From IMG/VR virus record IMGVR_UViG_3300020577_010124, positions 96,001-160,000 of that record: a DNA stretch of 64,000 nt, one strand, 5' to 3'. A program made the translations under genes and the position numbers. The stretch is from a virus. Lineage: Duplodnaviria > Caudoviricetes. Of this stretch, positions 11,080 to 23,500 are shown one piece after another (position 1 is the stretch's first letter; each line of letters opens with the position of its first letter). The notes under the pieces are model-generated. The model was not told the origin of the DNA and made no database searches. It worked only from the letters and a program-made list of their open reading frames with translations.

Positions 11080-14000
11080 ATGGCGTTCAAAGGCAAAAAA
11101 ACAGGCGGAAAAGGACAAGTTATAGCCGTTGGTCATGATTTTAATGACCTAGCTCCAACTCCATCTCCTATCCCAACACCCCCAGCCCCTCCTACTCCTA
11201 TAATCAATAGTTTTGGCGTAAACAACGCTAACCTTGCTTATGGAGGAGGCTCTGTTGTTCTAACATGGTCAACTTCAAATGTTACTACGGTTAGCATTGA
11301 TAACGGAGTTGGAACGGTTTCTGTAAATAGTAGCGCTATTGTAAATGTAACTGAAAGTACAACGTTCAATCTTTCTGCAACAGGACCAGGCGGAACAGCT
11401 TATGCAAGCGTAAGCGTATCTGTTGCTCCGCCACCACCTCTTCCTACTGTTACGTCTTTTAGCGCTTCTCAAACAACCCTATCCGCTTCTGGCGGTTCTG
11501 TTACTCTAACATGGACTTCTAGTAATGCGACTAGCGCAACTATGGATCAAAGCGTTGGAGCAGTTGCGGTTAATGGAAGTACCGTTGTTTCTGTAACATC
11601 AACTAAGACATTCACTCTAACTGTTAGTAACGTAACAGGCTCAACGCAAGCGACCGTTACGATTACAGTATTGCCTGCTGTTCCAGCAATTACGAGCTTT
11701 ACTGCTTTGCCAGCAACCTTGCCATTTGGAGGAGGTTCTGTTACTCTAACATGGACAACCTCAAATGTATCAAGTGTTAGTATAGATCAAGGAGTCGGTT
11801 CTGTTGTTGTTAATGGCAGTACAAGCATAAGCATAACGGATAGCACGACTTTCAATCTAACTGCAACGGGGCCAGGTGGAACGGTTTATGCAAGCGCAAG
11901 CGTAACAGTGAACTCTGTTCCGCCTCCACCTCCATTGCCAACTATTTCTAGTTTCACTGCTACTCCTTCTACATTTGCAGCAGGCGGTGGAACTACTACT
12001 TTTAACTGGACTTCTAGCAATGCAACTAGCGCAAGCATAGATCATAGTGTTGGAAGTGTTTCAGTTAATGGAAGCACTACAGCCAGCGTAACAACAACGA
12101 CTACTTATACGCTAACTGTTACAAATATAACAGGATCGACACAAGCTAGTGTTACAGTTACCGTATCTCCGCCCATACCGTCTATTACTTCTTTTACTGC
12201 TTTGCCTTCGACGCTTCCGTTTGGAGGAGGAACGGTAACTCTAACATGGACAACTTCAAACATAACTTCTGTTACTATTGATAACGGAGTTGGTTCTGTA
12301 GCAACAAACGGCAATACTACTAAAGCTATAACGACAAGTACGACTTTCAATCTAACTGCGACAGGTCCAGGTGGAACGGTGTTTGCAAGCGCGAGCGTTA
12401 CTGTTTCTCCTCCACCACCTCTTCCTGTTGCTACGAGCTTTACGGCAACGCCTTCTACTTTAGCATTTGGTGGTGGAAATGTAACATTGGCATGGACTTC
12501 AACAAATGCGACAAGCGCAAGTATAGATCAGGGAGTTGGTAGTGTAGCAGTTAATAGTAGTACGGTTGTAAATACAACGACTTCTAGAACATATACGCTA
12601 ACCGTTAGCAATGTAACAGGATCGACTACTCGAAGCACAAGCGTTGTTGTTTCTCCTCCATTGCCTCTTATCAATAGTTTTACTGCAAATCCAACAAGTC
12701 TCGGATTTGGAGGCGGAAACGTAACGTTATCGTGGTCAACTTCTAATGCAGTAAATGTTAGCATCAATAATGGAATAGGAACAGTTGCAGCAAGCGGCTC
12801 GATGGTTGTAAATATAACAACATCTACAGGCTACATACTAACAGCGACAGGAGCAGGAACAGGTATTGATAATACAATAACTAGGTCTGTCTCGATAACC
12901 GTTGCAAGCATACCAGCTTTTACTCCATATGCTGATGTTAATTTGCCTGCCCTAGAAGCAGATAGGTTTTGTTTCTTCTTAGAAACTATGCACTTTGGTC
13001 TTTCAAATGCATGGTATCATACTTTTGTTATTGGAGACAATGTTGGATTTAATAGTCAGTTTCCAGATCTAAACCATATGGTTTGGAAGACGAAGATGAT
13101 TGCTCCAGAAATTAGAATAAACACTTATAGCTGGGGCTATGCGGTTGGAGATCCAGGAACGGCATGGCGAGATGAAGTTTTGTTTGTAAAGCAAAAGTTT
13201 GAAGAAGCAAACTGCCCGTTTGAAAGATATACACTCAACTGTTATCCATTTATGCAGGGGCCAGGAGGCTTCCAAGGAAATCCAAAGAATACTTATCCTC
13301 TTGCTGATCATCCTGATGATTTGTTGCCTTCTGACGGTAGAGCAGCAGGCGGCGCTCAAGACGGTAACTTCTTAGGAGCAACTAACCAAGTAACTCCTTA
13401 TAGAATTAATGCGATAAACGCTTTTAGAAATACCTTTATTACCGATTTTCCTATTATACGTCAACAGTTTGATTTGGCAGGGCTTACAGGTCCAAACGCT
13501 CCTAGACTAGAAGCGATTGTAAGTACACAAGAGCATTTTGGTAGAAACTCTGATTTTGCTCCTGATACTCCAAATGTTCCAACTGTTATTTGGACTAATC
13601 CTGATAGTGTTGACTTTAATAGACAAGGCTGGGTAACAAGGAGTCTTGCTAGTCCTCTTAGTAATAGTAACCTATTTGATGGTTCACAGACTTTTACTAA
13701 TTTCTGTAATACCGTAACTCTTAGAAATGGAGCGCCCGTTCCTCCTCCTCGCTGGGATAGATGGCAGGGTCGAGGTGGGGCGATGGCGGAATTTGAAGGC
13801 GTAGATCAGTTTATCTTTATTACGCCTTATCGAGAAGCATTCTGGGCTGCAACTACACATGCATTTTATAAGGGTTATGTAGAGCCATTCTTTATGGCGT
13901 TTGATTCCGCATTCCCCAATCTCAAACATTATGCCTATCAAGTGTATGGAACAGGCTCATCTCTTGGCGGAATAACAATATTGCCAGGCGGAGATCCCGT

Positions 14001-14595
14001 ATATACAAAGACTCAAGGAACTTTCCCTTATCGTTTGCGAGGACATGGAATAGACTGGTATGGAGAAGGGTTAGGCGGACCTTGCTTTACTTGGAGACAG
14101 TTCTATGATGGAAACATTTGGACTTTGGTAAGCGGAGATACAACAAATAGTTATGCGAATACAACCTTTCATTGGATTAAATATATACTGTTGACATGGC
14201 CTAATCCTCATACAGATCCATTTAATGATAACAGAAATCTTGCTGCTGCTTATAACTATCCTCAAATTCCAGAGCCATATAAAACAAATTGGACAGTAGG
14301 AGATTATCATTGGTGTCAGGCTGTAAGGTTTATACTTGCTATATATGAGCTTAGAATAGCTTATCCTAACGACGGGATATGTCCTTGGATGACTTTGTAT
14401 TACCTTAGAGATCAGACATCATGGAAAACCTTCAAATGGGTAATTCATAGAATGCGAGCTATGGGAGTAAGAAGAGCTTATCTGTGGGATAACTTCTTTA
14501 CAATCAATGATTATTGCGGCGCTGGGTTGAAAAAGGATTTGTTGTTAGAACTGTTCAAAGAAATCAAACCCGATTGGGCAACGGCTGGATGGTAA
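11080..14595 (+). CDS. Surface/virion protein with seven tandem Ig/PKD-like repeats and an aromatic-rich C-terminal domain
   Basis: Seven ~80-aa repeats (ITSFTAxP...GGGxVTLTW...IDxGVG...TxTxxL) joined by polyproline linkers, followed by a ~560-aa W/Y/F-rich domain. Confidence 0.75.
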   Translation: MAFKGKKTGGKGQVIAVGHDFNDLAPTPSPIPTPPAPPTPIINSFGVNNANLAYGGGSVVLTWSTSNVTTVSIDNGVGTVSVNSSAIVNVTESTTFNLSATGPGGTAYASVSVSVAPPPPLPTVTSFSASQTTLSASGGSVTLTWTSSNATSATMDQSVGAVAVNGSTVVSVTSTKTFTLTVSNVTGSTQATVTITVLPAVPAITSFTALPATLPFGGGSVTLTWTTSNVSSVSIDQGVGSVVVNGSTSISITDSTTFNLTATGPGGTVYASASVTVNSVPPPPPLPTISSFTATPSTFAAGGGTTTFNWTSSNATSASIDHSVGSVSVNGSTTASVTTTTTYTLTVTNITGSTQASVTVTVSPPIPSITSFTALPSTLPFGGGTVTLTWTTSNITSVTIDNGVGSVATNGNTTKAITTSTTFNLTATGPGGTVFASASVTVSPPPPLPVATSFTATPSTLAFGGGNVTLAWTSTNATSASIDQGVGSVAVNSSTVVNTTTSRTYTLTVSNVTGSTTRSTSVVVSPPLPLINSFTANPTSLGFGGGNVTLSWSTSNAVNVSINNGIGTVAASGSMVVNITTSTGYILTATGAGTGIDNTITRSVSITVASIPAFTPYADVNLPALEADRFCFFLETMHFGLSNAWYHTFVIGDNVGFNSQFPDLNHMVWKTKMIAPEIRINTYSWGYAVGDPGTAWRDEVLFVKQKFEEANCPFERYTLNCYPFMQGPGGFQGNPKNTYPLADHPDDLLPSDGRAAGGAQDGNFLGATNQVTPYRINAINAFRNTFITDFPIIRQQFDLAGLTGPNAPRLEAIVSTQEHFGRNSDFAPDTPNVPTVIWTNPDSVDFNRQGWVTRSLASPLSNSNLFDGSQTFTNFCNTVTLRNGAPVPPPRWDRWQGRGGAMAEFEGVDQFIFITPYREAFWAATTHAFYKGYVEPFFMAFDSAFPNLKHYAYQVYGTGSSLGGITILPGGDPVYTKTQGTFPYRLRGHGIDWYGEGLGGPCFTWRQFYDGNIWTLVSGDTTNSYANTTFHWIKYILLTWPNPHTDPFNDNRNLAAAYNYPQIPEPYKTNWTVGDYHWCQAVRFILAIYELRIAYPNDGICPWMTLYYLRDQTSWKTFKWVIHRMRAMGVRRAYLWDNFFTINDYCGAGLKKDLLLELFKEIKPDWATAGW
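11198..12912 (+). repeat. Intragenic tandem repeats (7 Ig-like units; alternating A/B, ~495-nt two-domain period)
   Basis: Near-identical nucleotide blocks, e.g. tttactgctttgcc...tttggaggagg...actctaacatggacaac at ~11698 and ~12193. Confidence 0.85.
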
Positions 14596-14599
14596 CTAA

Positions 14600-17500
14600 A
14601 TGATATTAACTAAAGCATCAGTTTTTCTTAGAATCGTTGGCAATCCAAGTTCCTTGGTAAGTTTTGTAGTTCCAGAAGAAGGCTTTGTTTCTTTTGATGC
14701 AGCCAATTTTTCCAAGTTAGAACAAGGTGATCCATACGTTGTATTTGATGTTGTTGCGGACGACTATTATGGTAGTGGTTATCTTTCTGTTGGATACAAA
14801 AGACTTGAATACCTATGGCCGACTATTACGTATCCTATTACAGCAGAAAAGACAGGAAAGTATAATCTCTTTATCCGAGTCAAAACTTCGGGCGAGTTTT
14901 TCAACTTTTCTCTTCTTATCAACGGTGTAAATCTTCTTGATAAGATAGTTACGACTCCTCAAAATCAGTGGACATGGATATCTCTTCCATTGGTTATAGC
15001 TGACAAGAAGAAGTTTGATCTTTCAATCATACCGAAAACCGAAGGTTGTTTGATTGATAGTTTTCATATTTCTGTCAACGATACTTTGCCAGATGTAATA
15101 GAATACCAAAATAGTTTTCTAACCGTACATTTTAGAATGTATGAAATAGATTCGGATTATCAACCAAATATATCATTGCCAATCTACGGCTACAAGACTT
15201 CTATAGAAGATATTCTCGATGATAACTGGTACAATTTTTCTCTTGAAACATTGCCAGCTTATATTTCCAAGACATTCAATCTTCACTATGCGGCAACGTT
15301 GTTTGTTTCTGGATCGAGCGAGAGTCTTTACATTATGTGGGACTATGCTCAAGACAATGGATTTACTTTAGATCCATATCTTCAGACTTGTTCTCTTGTT
15401 TTGGATTCTGATACAAAGACATGGAGCATTGATTGCGAAAAGAAGTTTGCATTGCGTCTTTATTCTTCAAGAGACGCTATAGACGAAAACGCATGCAAAG
15501 CAATCGTGCCTGCTTCTGCTTTGACTACAAAGACCGTCAAAACATTTAGCACGAATACTAGCCCAGTTTTTGTAAATACTAAAGCCGTTCCTACAATAGA
15601 AAATGAAGAAAAAGTACAGCTTAGTTTGCCTGATAGAATCGTTTCTATTGTTATGGACCAAAGCGGTTCTCAAACATGGAATGATAGTAGCGGCGTTCGC
15701 CATGAACTAGCAAGAAGAATGGTAGATAAACTAAACGCTACTTATCCAGGCGATTTGAAATACAATCTTGTTAATTTTCAATCAACTCCTATAAAGATTA
15801 ATTTCTTTGCGGTAACTGAAAATGACAACCTCAACACAAGCGATGCAGGCGCTGCGGCAAGTGAGTTTTTTGAAGACCAAGAGAGCGGATACGCAGGCGT
15901 TAGAATCGTTCGTAAGCAAGGTTCTTATCCAACTGGCCCTCTTGACGGCGATATCGTAACTGAAGGTTTTCTAGAAAGAGCATTTAGCGATGGTCTTGAG
16001 GAAGGCCAAGAGTATTACTACGCAGCCTATACATTCAACTCTTCAGGAGTTTTTAGCGAGGGAACCTTTATTAAGGCAACTCCTAGAGAAAGAATACTTC
16101 CTCACGGCGTTGGTAATTTTACAAGCAGAGTAATAATAGGAACAGGTGTTCGTAGAGACGAAAACACAATTGGTCTATGGCATTTCAATGAAGGCATAGA
16201 TCAAACCATTTATGATTTTAGCGATACTTCATTTACGCTTACTAGCAGCGATGATTTCATATGGCTTAACTTTAGCGATGTTCCAAGCGGAACAAGCGGA
16301 GTTAGATTCAATGGAACAGCAACTCGTTTTGTTGGAACCGACAGTAACGGAGATTTTGTAAAGAGTCATTATACAATGATGGCTTGGATATATCCGTTTG
16401 ACTTCAACTCTAAGAGAACAATCGTTTCGAGAGAATCTTCTTCTACTAGTGCTGTTGGATTCCGTTTCGGAATCAATACCAATAAGACTTTGTTTTTTAC
16501 GTTAGATGATTCAACAATAGCTAGCTCTTCTGCTTTGCTTACAGCAAATCAATGGAATCATGTTGCCGTTACCGTTGATGTTAGCGGAAACGTCGCTAGC
16601 TTTTATATCAATGGATATTTTGCTGGCTCAGGAACATTGGCTCAGGGAGCTAATCATTCTGTTGCCGCAATGAACTTGTATATTGGCGGAAGACAAAGCT
16701 CGTTCTTTGGAAAAATGACGGAGCTAAGTATTCATGATAGTTTGCGTTCTGCTGCATACATCGCTGAGGCGGCGGTTCAGCCTGAAACTTCTACTGATAA
16801 ACTTCTAGACAATGGCGATAGGCTTGTTCTTCTAACTTATGTTGTTTCTGACGACTTTAATTATCCTGGCGGAACTGTAAGAATACTTAGAAAGGAATCC
16901 GTTGGGCCTGCGGTTTTTGATTATGCTACAAGTTCCTCGGGTTCGTCGCCTCAGTTGGTGTTCAAAGGATTTGGCGCTGGACCGTCTCATGAAAATGACG
17001 GAGATGTAGTTTATGAAACTTCAGCTTCTTCTGGTTCATTTACTATAGCTCTTCCTTATGATTATGTTCTTGACAGAACCTATAACTATCGAATATACTC
17101 TAGTAATGTATTAGGAAACTTTAGTTCAAACTCTGACTCTCCAACTATACCAATCAAGATTCCTAATTTCAAGACGAAGGCTGCTCGAAATGCAGCTATC
17201 TCTATGCCTCTAATCGCTCCTGTAGAAAATGCTACGCTTACGATTGGAAATCATAAGAACTATATAACATGGGACGCAGTAACCGACGAAAATGCCGAGC
17301 AAGTTTTGGTATATTGGTCTGATTCTGGATTCCCTATTATCAGTAATGACCAGGGCGTAGACGCAGGAGCCATCTTGGTTTTTAGCGGCAAGCCTTCGGA
17401 TACCTATGTAGTAGATAGAAATATAGATAATCAAATTGTTAGTTACTATGCTATTGTTGTTGCAGATAAGTATGGATTTTATTCGCAGCCAGTTTTTGTA

Positions 17501-20500
17501 TCTGGCGTTCCTGTATCAAATGCTTTTGAGGGGAATATTCCTCTTCTTACTATTAGCAACCTTGGTTATCAGATTGTAAACGAGAATGCTCTTAGCTTGT
17601 CATGGGACGCTCCTGTAAAGTTCCAAAAGGATATTGAGGCTTGGTTTGATCAAAGAGTTGCATTGTACGCTCAGATTACAGACGAGTTTGGCGCGCCTAT
17701 TGCAGATAATAGTCAGATCAGCTTTACAGCAACTGCGTCTGTAGGGTCTGCTCAACTTGCGGAAGATGTTTTCGGAGAAACGATAAGCGGACAAGCATTA
17801 GTGCCTGACGCTAAGAGTTGTTTTATTCTGTCTTCTTCTTCCATTGGTAACGGATTCATTCGCGGCGTTTTCAGAATGACATCTGACCTTGATATACTAT
17901 CCGCAATTAATCAACTTTCAGCAGATGTTAGAGTTTCATATAGCATCCCTGATAGAGACAACCCAGGCTCGAACGTGTTTGAGTTTACTTCGCTTCCTGT
18001 TCATATAGAGATGGACAATCCATTCTCTATGGAAATGCTCAATATTGGCGATAATAACGGATTCTTTGGAGAAGGAACGTCTTCGGGACGAGGCTCTAAG
18101 AGACGAAGAAGAGGAAGTGGCGCGGCTCCTCATGTTGGTTCAGCAGCTACAAGCGCTGGCGGTGATACCGTTAAGGTTCTTTGCAAGAGAACGGTTCCGT
18201 TAGACGACCAATCCTTTATATCAAGCGGTGGTTTGGAGTTCGATCCTGATAAGTTCAAAGAATTCCCAGGCTGTTGGATAAGAAGAACAAGACCATTTGT
18301 ATCAAGAGTTGTTATTCTATATCGAGGAGAAGCGATTTCAAATGCTCCTGATTGCGACGTAGCAGTATTTGAAGCCTCGGACCCTCAGTGCGATCGAGAT
18401 GATAGCTCTAGCAATCCATGTTCTCAAAGCGGCGGAGGAGCTTCTAGTTCTCCGCCTGAGTTTGTTCCAGGCTTTTCTTCTCGAAGAAGTCGTTCGGTAC
18501 AACCTCCTGCTACTTCTTTGCCTTTCCGAACAGGCCTTCAGTTACTTAATGACGGAACAACAAAGCTCGTTTCATATGTTGATATACCTTTGAAAGCGCC
18601 TAGAACTCCGCAAGCTATCATGCTGTTTGCAAAAACAGGCTACAACGGTTTCTTTGCTCGCAAGAAAATGTATGTTGTCTTTGATAATATTCTAAGAATT
18701 GAAACAACTATTGAGCCGCCAGAATCAAATTGCATTGACGTTGCGGAGCAACAAGCTAAAGTCTACCTTATTGATCCAGATAGTACGGACGTAGAAAATC
18801 CTAGAAAACTGGCCGTTCCAGACAGTCAGATTGTTCGTTGGGAATTGAGAAAAGGAACAAGCGGTAAAGATAGGCCATTCTACTCGACAGATAATGTCCC
18901 TACAGGACCAGGCGTATTTTCTTATACAAGAAGCGGAAGCGCTAGAAAAGTATTCTTCGGTCCAGCATGTGGTGTAACATGGCTAACTTATGTTCCATGT
19001 CCAGGCAATATAATCTTGTTGCCTGAGCTTTATGCTATTAAGGCAAGCGTCATATACGACGGACTGCACGCCTTTGAAGAACGTCCAGCTATAGTTTACC
19101 CGCCAGGAGACGTAAGAGGTTTTGGATCTCGCTTCCTCATGCAGATGCCAAACTTTGTAAATGACATATACGCAGACGGATATGATCTAGCTCACGTTAC
19201 TATTTATCACGACCCTAATATTGCTAGTGGTCAGATTGCTGATTGTTTCAAGCAATGCGCAAGAGATTTCAATAGACCAATCTTCTCTTTGGGAAATGGT
19301 CAGATTGTTGATATCGAATCAGGTGGCGACTTTGAGATTCTTTATGGAGATTCGTTGCAAGTTACGTTTGACGAGGCGTTAGACGAGTATGTTATAACGA
19401 ATGCTTCTCAAGAAATTGGGTTCGCTCAAATACCTCTTGCTCAAAGCGGTAATCGCACTGACTTTTACATACGAATCAATAAGTTCCTTGGAAGACCGCA
19501 ACCAGTCAAACCAAATGATAATCAAGACCAAGATCCTCTTAGCAGCACAAATCAATGTTCTTGTATAGAAGTTCCACCTGGACTTTCTAGTAAAACTGAT
19601 TTGAAGATAATAACTGGAAAGACCAGTATTATGTTCAATGGTCAAACAAGATTCTTGTCAGGCGGAGGAGATCTAAAGAATGGCGTTCCTCCAACAACAA
19701 TTGCTCTTAGAGAGCCATTGGATATTTCCATTGTTGATATTCGTCGTAATGGAGAAAGCGTTGAAAAGATCCTATGCGACAGTTTGAGCGTTCATGAGTT
19801 TATTGTTGAAGTAAAGTTCAAAGATAAAGCGGTTCCAAATGGAACACCTGTATTCCTAACTGTTGGCGGAATTAATCCAGAGAAGATTGTTCTTTTCTCT
19901 GATACTATTTTCACGCAAAAACTCAATGATCCTATACTTAACCCAGAGGGCAATAAGAGAAGCTTTGCTTCATTCTTTGTTTATCCATTCAGCGCTCAAG
20001 CTGCATTCTCGGGTCAAGTACAAGCAGAAACCAACTATGATAAGCGAGGCGACGTTGTTCGTAGTATGACAGCTTGTATTACGATCAAGTATGATCCTTC
20101 AGAAAAGAAGCCAGAAGCAACAGTAACTCCTGAAGGCGAAATAAGTAGCGTCTTTAGCGGATCGCTAGATGTTTATGACACGTATACGGATACTTGGTCG
20201 CAAAAAGCTCTAATGAAGTACCCAAGAGGTTGCTTGACTCTTGACTGGTCTTTCGATGCGTATGGAGAACAACTCTATGCGATAGGCGGACTTAATGGAA
20301 AATCAATCTTATCATACAATGAAATGTATGATATTGCAAACGACATATGGCATACTAAGAAACAAATGAGAGTTGCTAGATTCTACCATATGTCTGTTCA
20401 AGATTCAGGCTATATCTACGTATTCGGAGGAATCGTTGCGGACGGTTCTGTTCTTGCTATTTCTCGTTCAGTTGAACGTTATGATATCGTAAACGATGTT

Positions 20501-23500
20501 TGGGAAGACGTTGCTAGCTTGCCTATATTTGGAGAGAATCCATACGGCGTAGCTATGGGCGCTTGCGTAAAGCTTGATAATAAGGTTTACATAATCGGCG
20601 GAATCAGAAAGATTGGACCGCAAGGCAGCATCGAAGCTATGAACGACAGAGTTCTAGTTTTTGATTTGGATACTCAAACATGGAGTTGGAGTTCAGTATA
20701 TGAGGATCTTGATCTAGCGCTATTTACTAGAATATCTCCTACCGCTTTTGCTGACAAGAATGGCGGGTTTATTCATGTTCTTGGAGGAGCGGTAGCGGGA
20801 GAACGAGACGCAGATACGGGCGCTCAATCTCTTGAGTTCTTGACTGATACTTTCAACATCAATATCTCAACCTTTGCTGTTGTTCAAGACGACTATTTGT
20901 ATGATAACTTGCCTAAGCCTCGCTATCGTAATGGTCATGCTCAAATCGGAGACATTCATTATTTCTTAGGCGGAACAAATGGTAAGTCTCAAGTTCTAAA
21001 TCTCTTTGAGAGCGTAGAAGAGACTTCTCCAGTCTTTACCGAGCAAAGACTAGAAAACATGCCTAAAGCAAAGACGGCTTTTGGTTCTACGTCTGATAGT
21101 TGGAGATATGTCTATGTTGGTGGCGGACTAACAAGCGGTAGGCCTGAAGGTTTCCTTCAGATATTGGCAGAGGCTAATCCTGGTTCTATAAGATTGGATG
21201 GGCAGCAGTCTGCGACAGTAAATATAGAACTAAAGAATGACGTAGGCGAACATCCTAATAAGAGTATTAGAGTATTGGTTCAAGGTATTGTTCTTTTCAA
21301 GAATGCTACAGCAAATCAAGACGGTTCTGGTGGGACTAATTCGCAGCAACAATCTGCAAACAGCGCCGCCCGAGATGCTTTGATATATCCTGTTGTCTTT
21401 AGTTCTAACGACTTTGTTATAAACAATGGCGTTGGAGCAACTATAATGTTGCCAAGATCCGAAGACATACTCAAGAAGGTTGATGAAATCAAGAGAAAAC
21501 TTGGAATTGTTGATCCAGTAACGGGCGATAACGGACAAGCAGAAGACAATACGCTTGTTATCAATGAAGGCGAAATTCGCAATCCATATACTATCAAAGT
21601 AAGAATAACTATTCTTGACGGATTCTATTATGGTCAAACCGTAATAGACATCAAAGATAATCAGGATTCAAGCGTATCTACAACTCCTGTTGAGTTACCG
21701 CCTCCAACCGAAACAACAACTACAGTTAGCACTCCTAGCGGGCCTCAAACTACGACTACAACTACCTTCTCTGGATGTAAAGAGGCAAGCGGCAGTCAGT
21801 TTGCTCCTATAGCTAATCAAGGTTCGCAAACGCCTACAACGGACGGAAGCAACGTTGTCATCGATCAGGGTTTGCAGCAGTCAGATAATCCTATATTTGA
21901 CCTAAACCCTTCTCAAGCTCCTCAACTTGATAGTCCAACGGTTTCATACTTCAGCGATATCGAATGGATACCTCAAGTTATTATTAGCGTAGATAACGGA
22001 GATTATGGCAGCATTATCAAAAATCTCAATAGAATGCGTAATGAAATACCATTTGGAGCTTCGCAACTTTATGACGCTCTTTCCAAAACAGCTTCTCTTA
22101 TGCTTGGCGAAGAACTTGATTCGTTTGCCAAATCAATCTATGTAAACACTGACAATGAGGAAAATCTATCCTTTGTTACTGTAGATACTGCTATTGAAGA
22201 TATACAAGCGGTTGACGGATTTGCGGAAACGCCTGTTTTGATAAACAACCTCTCTGTTGTTTTCCCTCTAACTCTATCTGCTCAGCTTGCTAGAACCGAT
22301 ACTGAAAATCTGGATAGAATCTCAAATGAAACAGGCGGACAAAGCCAAACGGTTATTGACGCAAGTTATATTGATGAAGTTCTAAACAATGCGATAGGAC
22401 GAGTAACGGGCTCAATTGGATGGGGCATTTATGAGTGCATAATCGACCTTGGCAAGAACTCTATTATCAATACGATAGCAATTGAGTGCGAGCTATATCC
22501 AAATACAGAGGGCAATTGGAAGATATCAACGAGCGAAGACGGATTCAACTATTCAGTTTATAGTGATCCATTCAATGTCAACAAAGACATACAACTAACA
22601 AACGTTGTTGGAAGATATCTAAAGTTCTCTATTACTCTTTTGAGCGGACTTAGCGCTTCCATTGAAAGCGAGTATGATCTTACTCCAACCCCAGGCGTTC
22701 CAGCTATAACTGGTATATTGATTGATTATAACATCCCAACGGAGAGTTTCATATATATGAACTCAGACGTATTGGATCGTAGTCCTCAACAAGTCGCTAT
22801 TGCTGTATCTGCAAACAGACCGTTGCTAAGCGAAATAGATGTTGGCGTTACAACTAGTAAGTCAACTAATTGGTCAGATTATTATAGCGGTTCTCAACCA
22901 TCAGTTGATAGATTCGGAAAGATATTTGTTCCTATTCGTTATACACAAACGCAAGATCATACTCTAGACGAATCTCTAGAAAACATTGACGGCTTTATGT
23001 GGAAAACAATCTATGGAAGATGGGATGTTACTTCTCAAGTAACAATCAAAGACGAAGATAACAATATCGTTGATCCAGATATTTATAGGCTGTATCCGCA
23101 AGAAGGAATGGTTATTTTTAACTCCAAGCAAACTGGTTCTTTCAGTATTTCTGTAGAGAATGCTGGACGAATCAAAGTTGGTTTGAGAGTCTTGAATAGC
23201 GATTCAGAACAAGCGGTTCAGATAAACGGTCTAGGCTATATGTATAACACCAATGTATTCTTGCCACCGCCTCTATCTCAGCGCCCTCCAACCGTTACGG
23301 ATTTCAATATTACTCCATCTGAACTGACAATATATCAGAAGATTGGACTAACCTATAGATACTTTGACATTAACCAACTTGACGAGCAGCTTGATAAATC
23401 CGAGATCAAATGGTTCATTAATGGTGTTGAAGTTGAGTATCTAAGAAATGTTCGAACATGGAATGATATAACAAATACGGAAGATCCTATTTGGATTTAT

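Noticed and set aside
11198-14595. Diversity-generating retroelement target/template repeats
   Set aside because: The repeats are in-frame protein domains whose differences are not adenine-specific, and there is no reverse transcriptase in the window.
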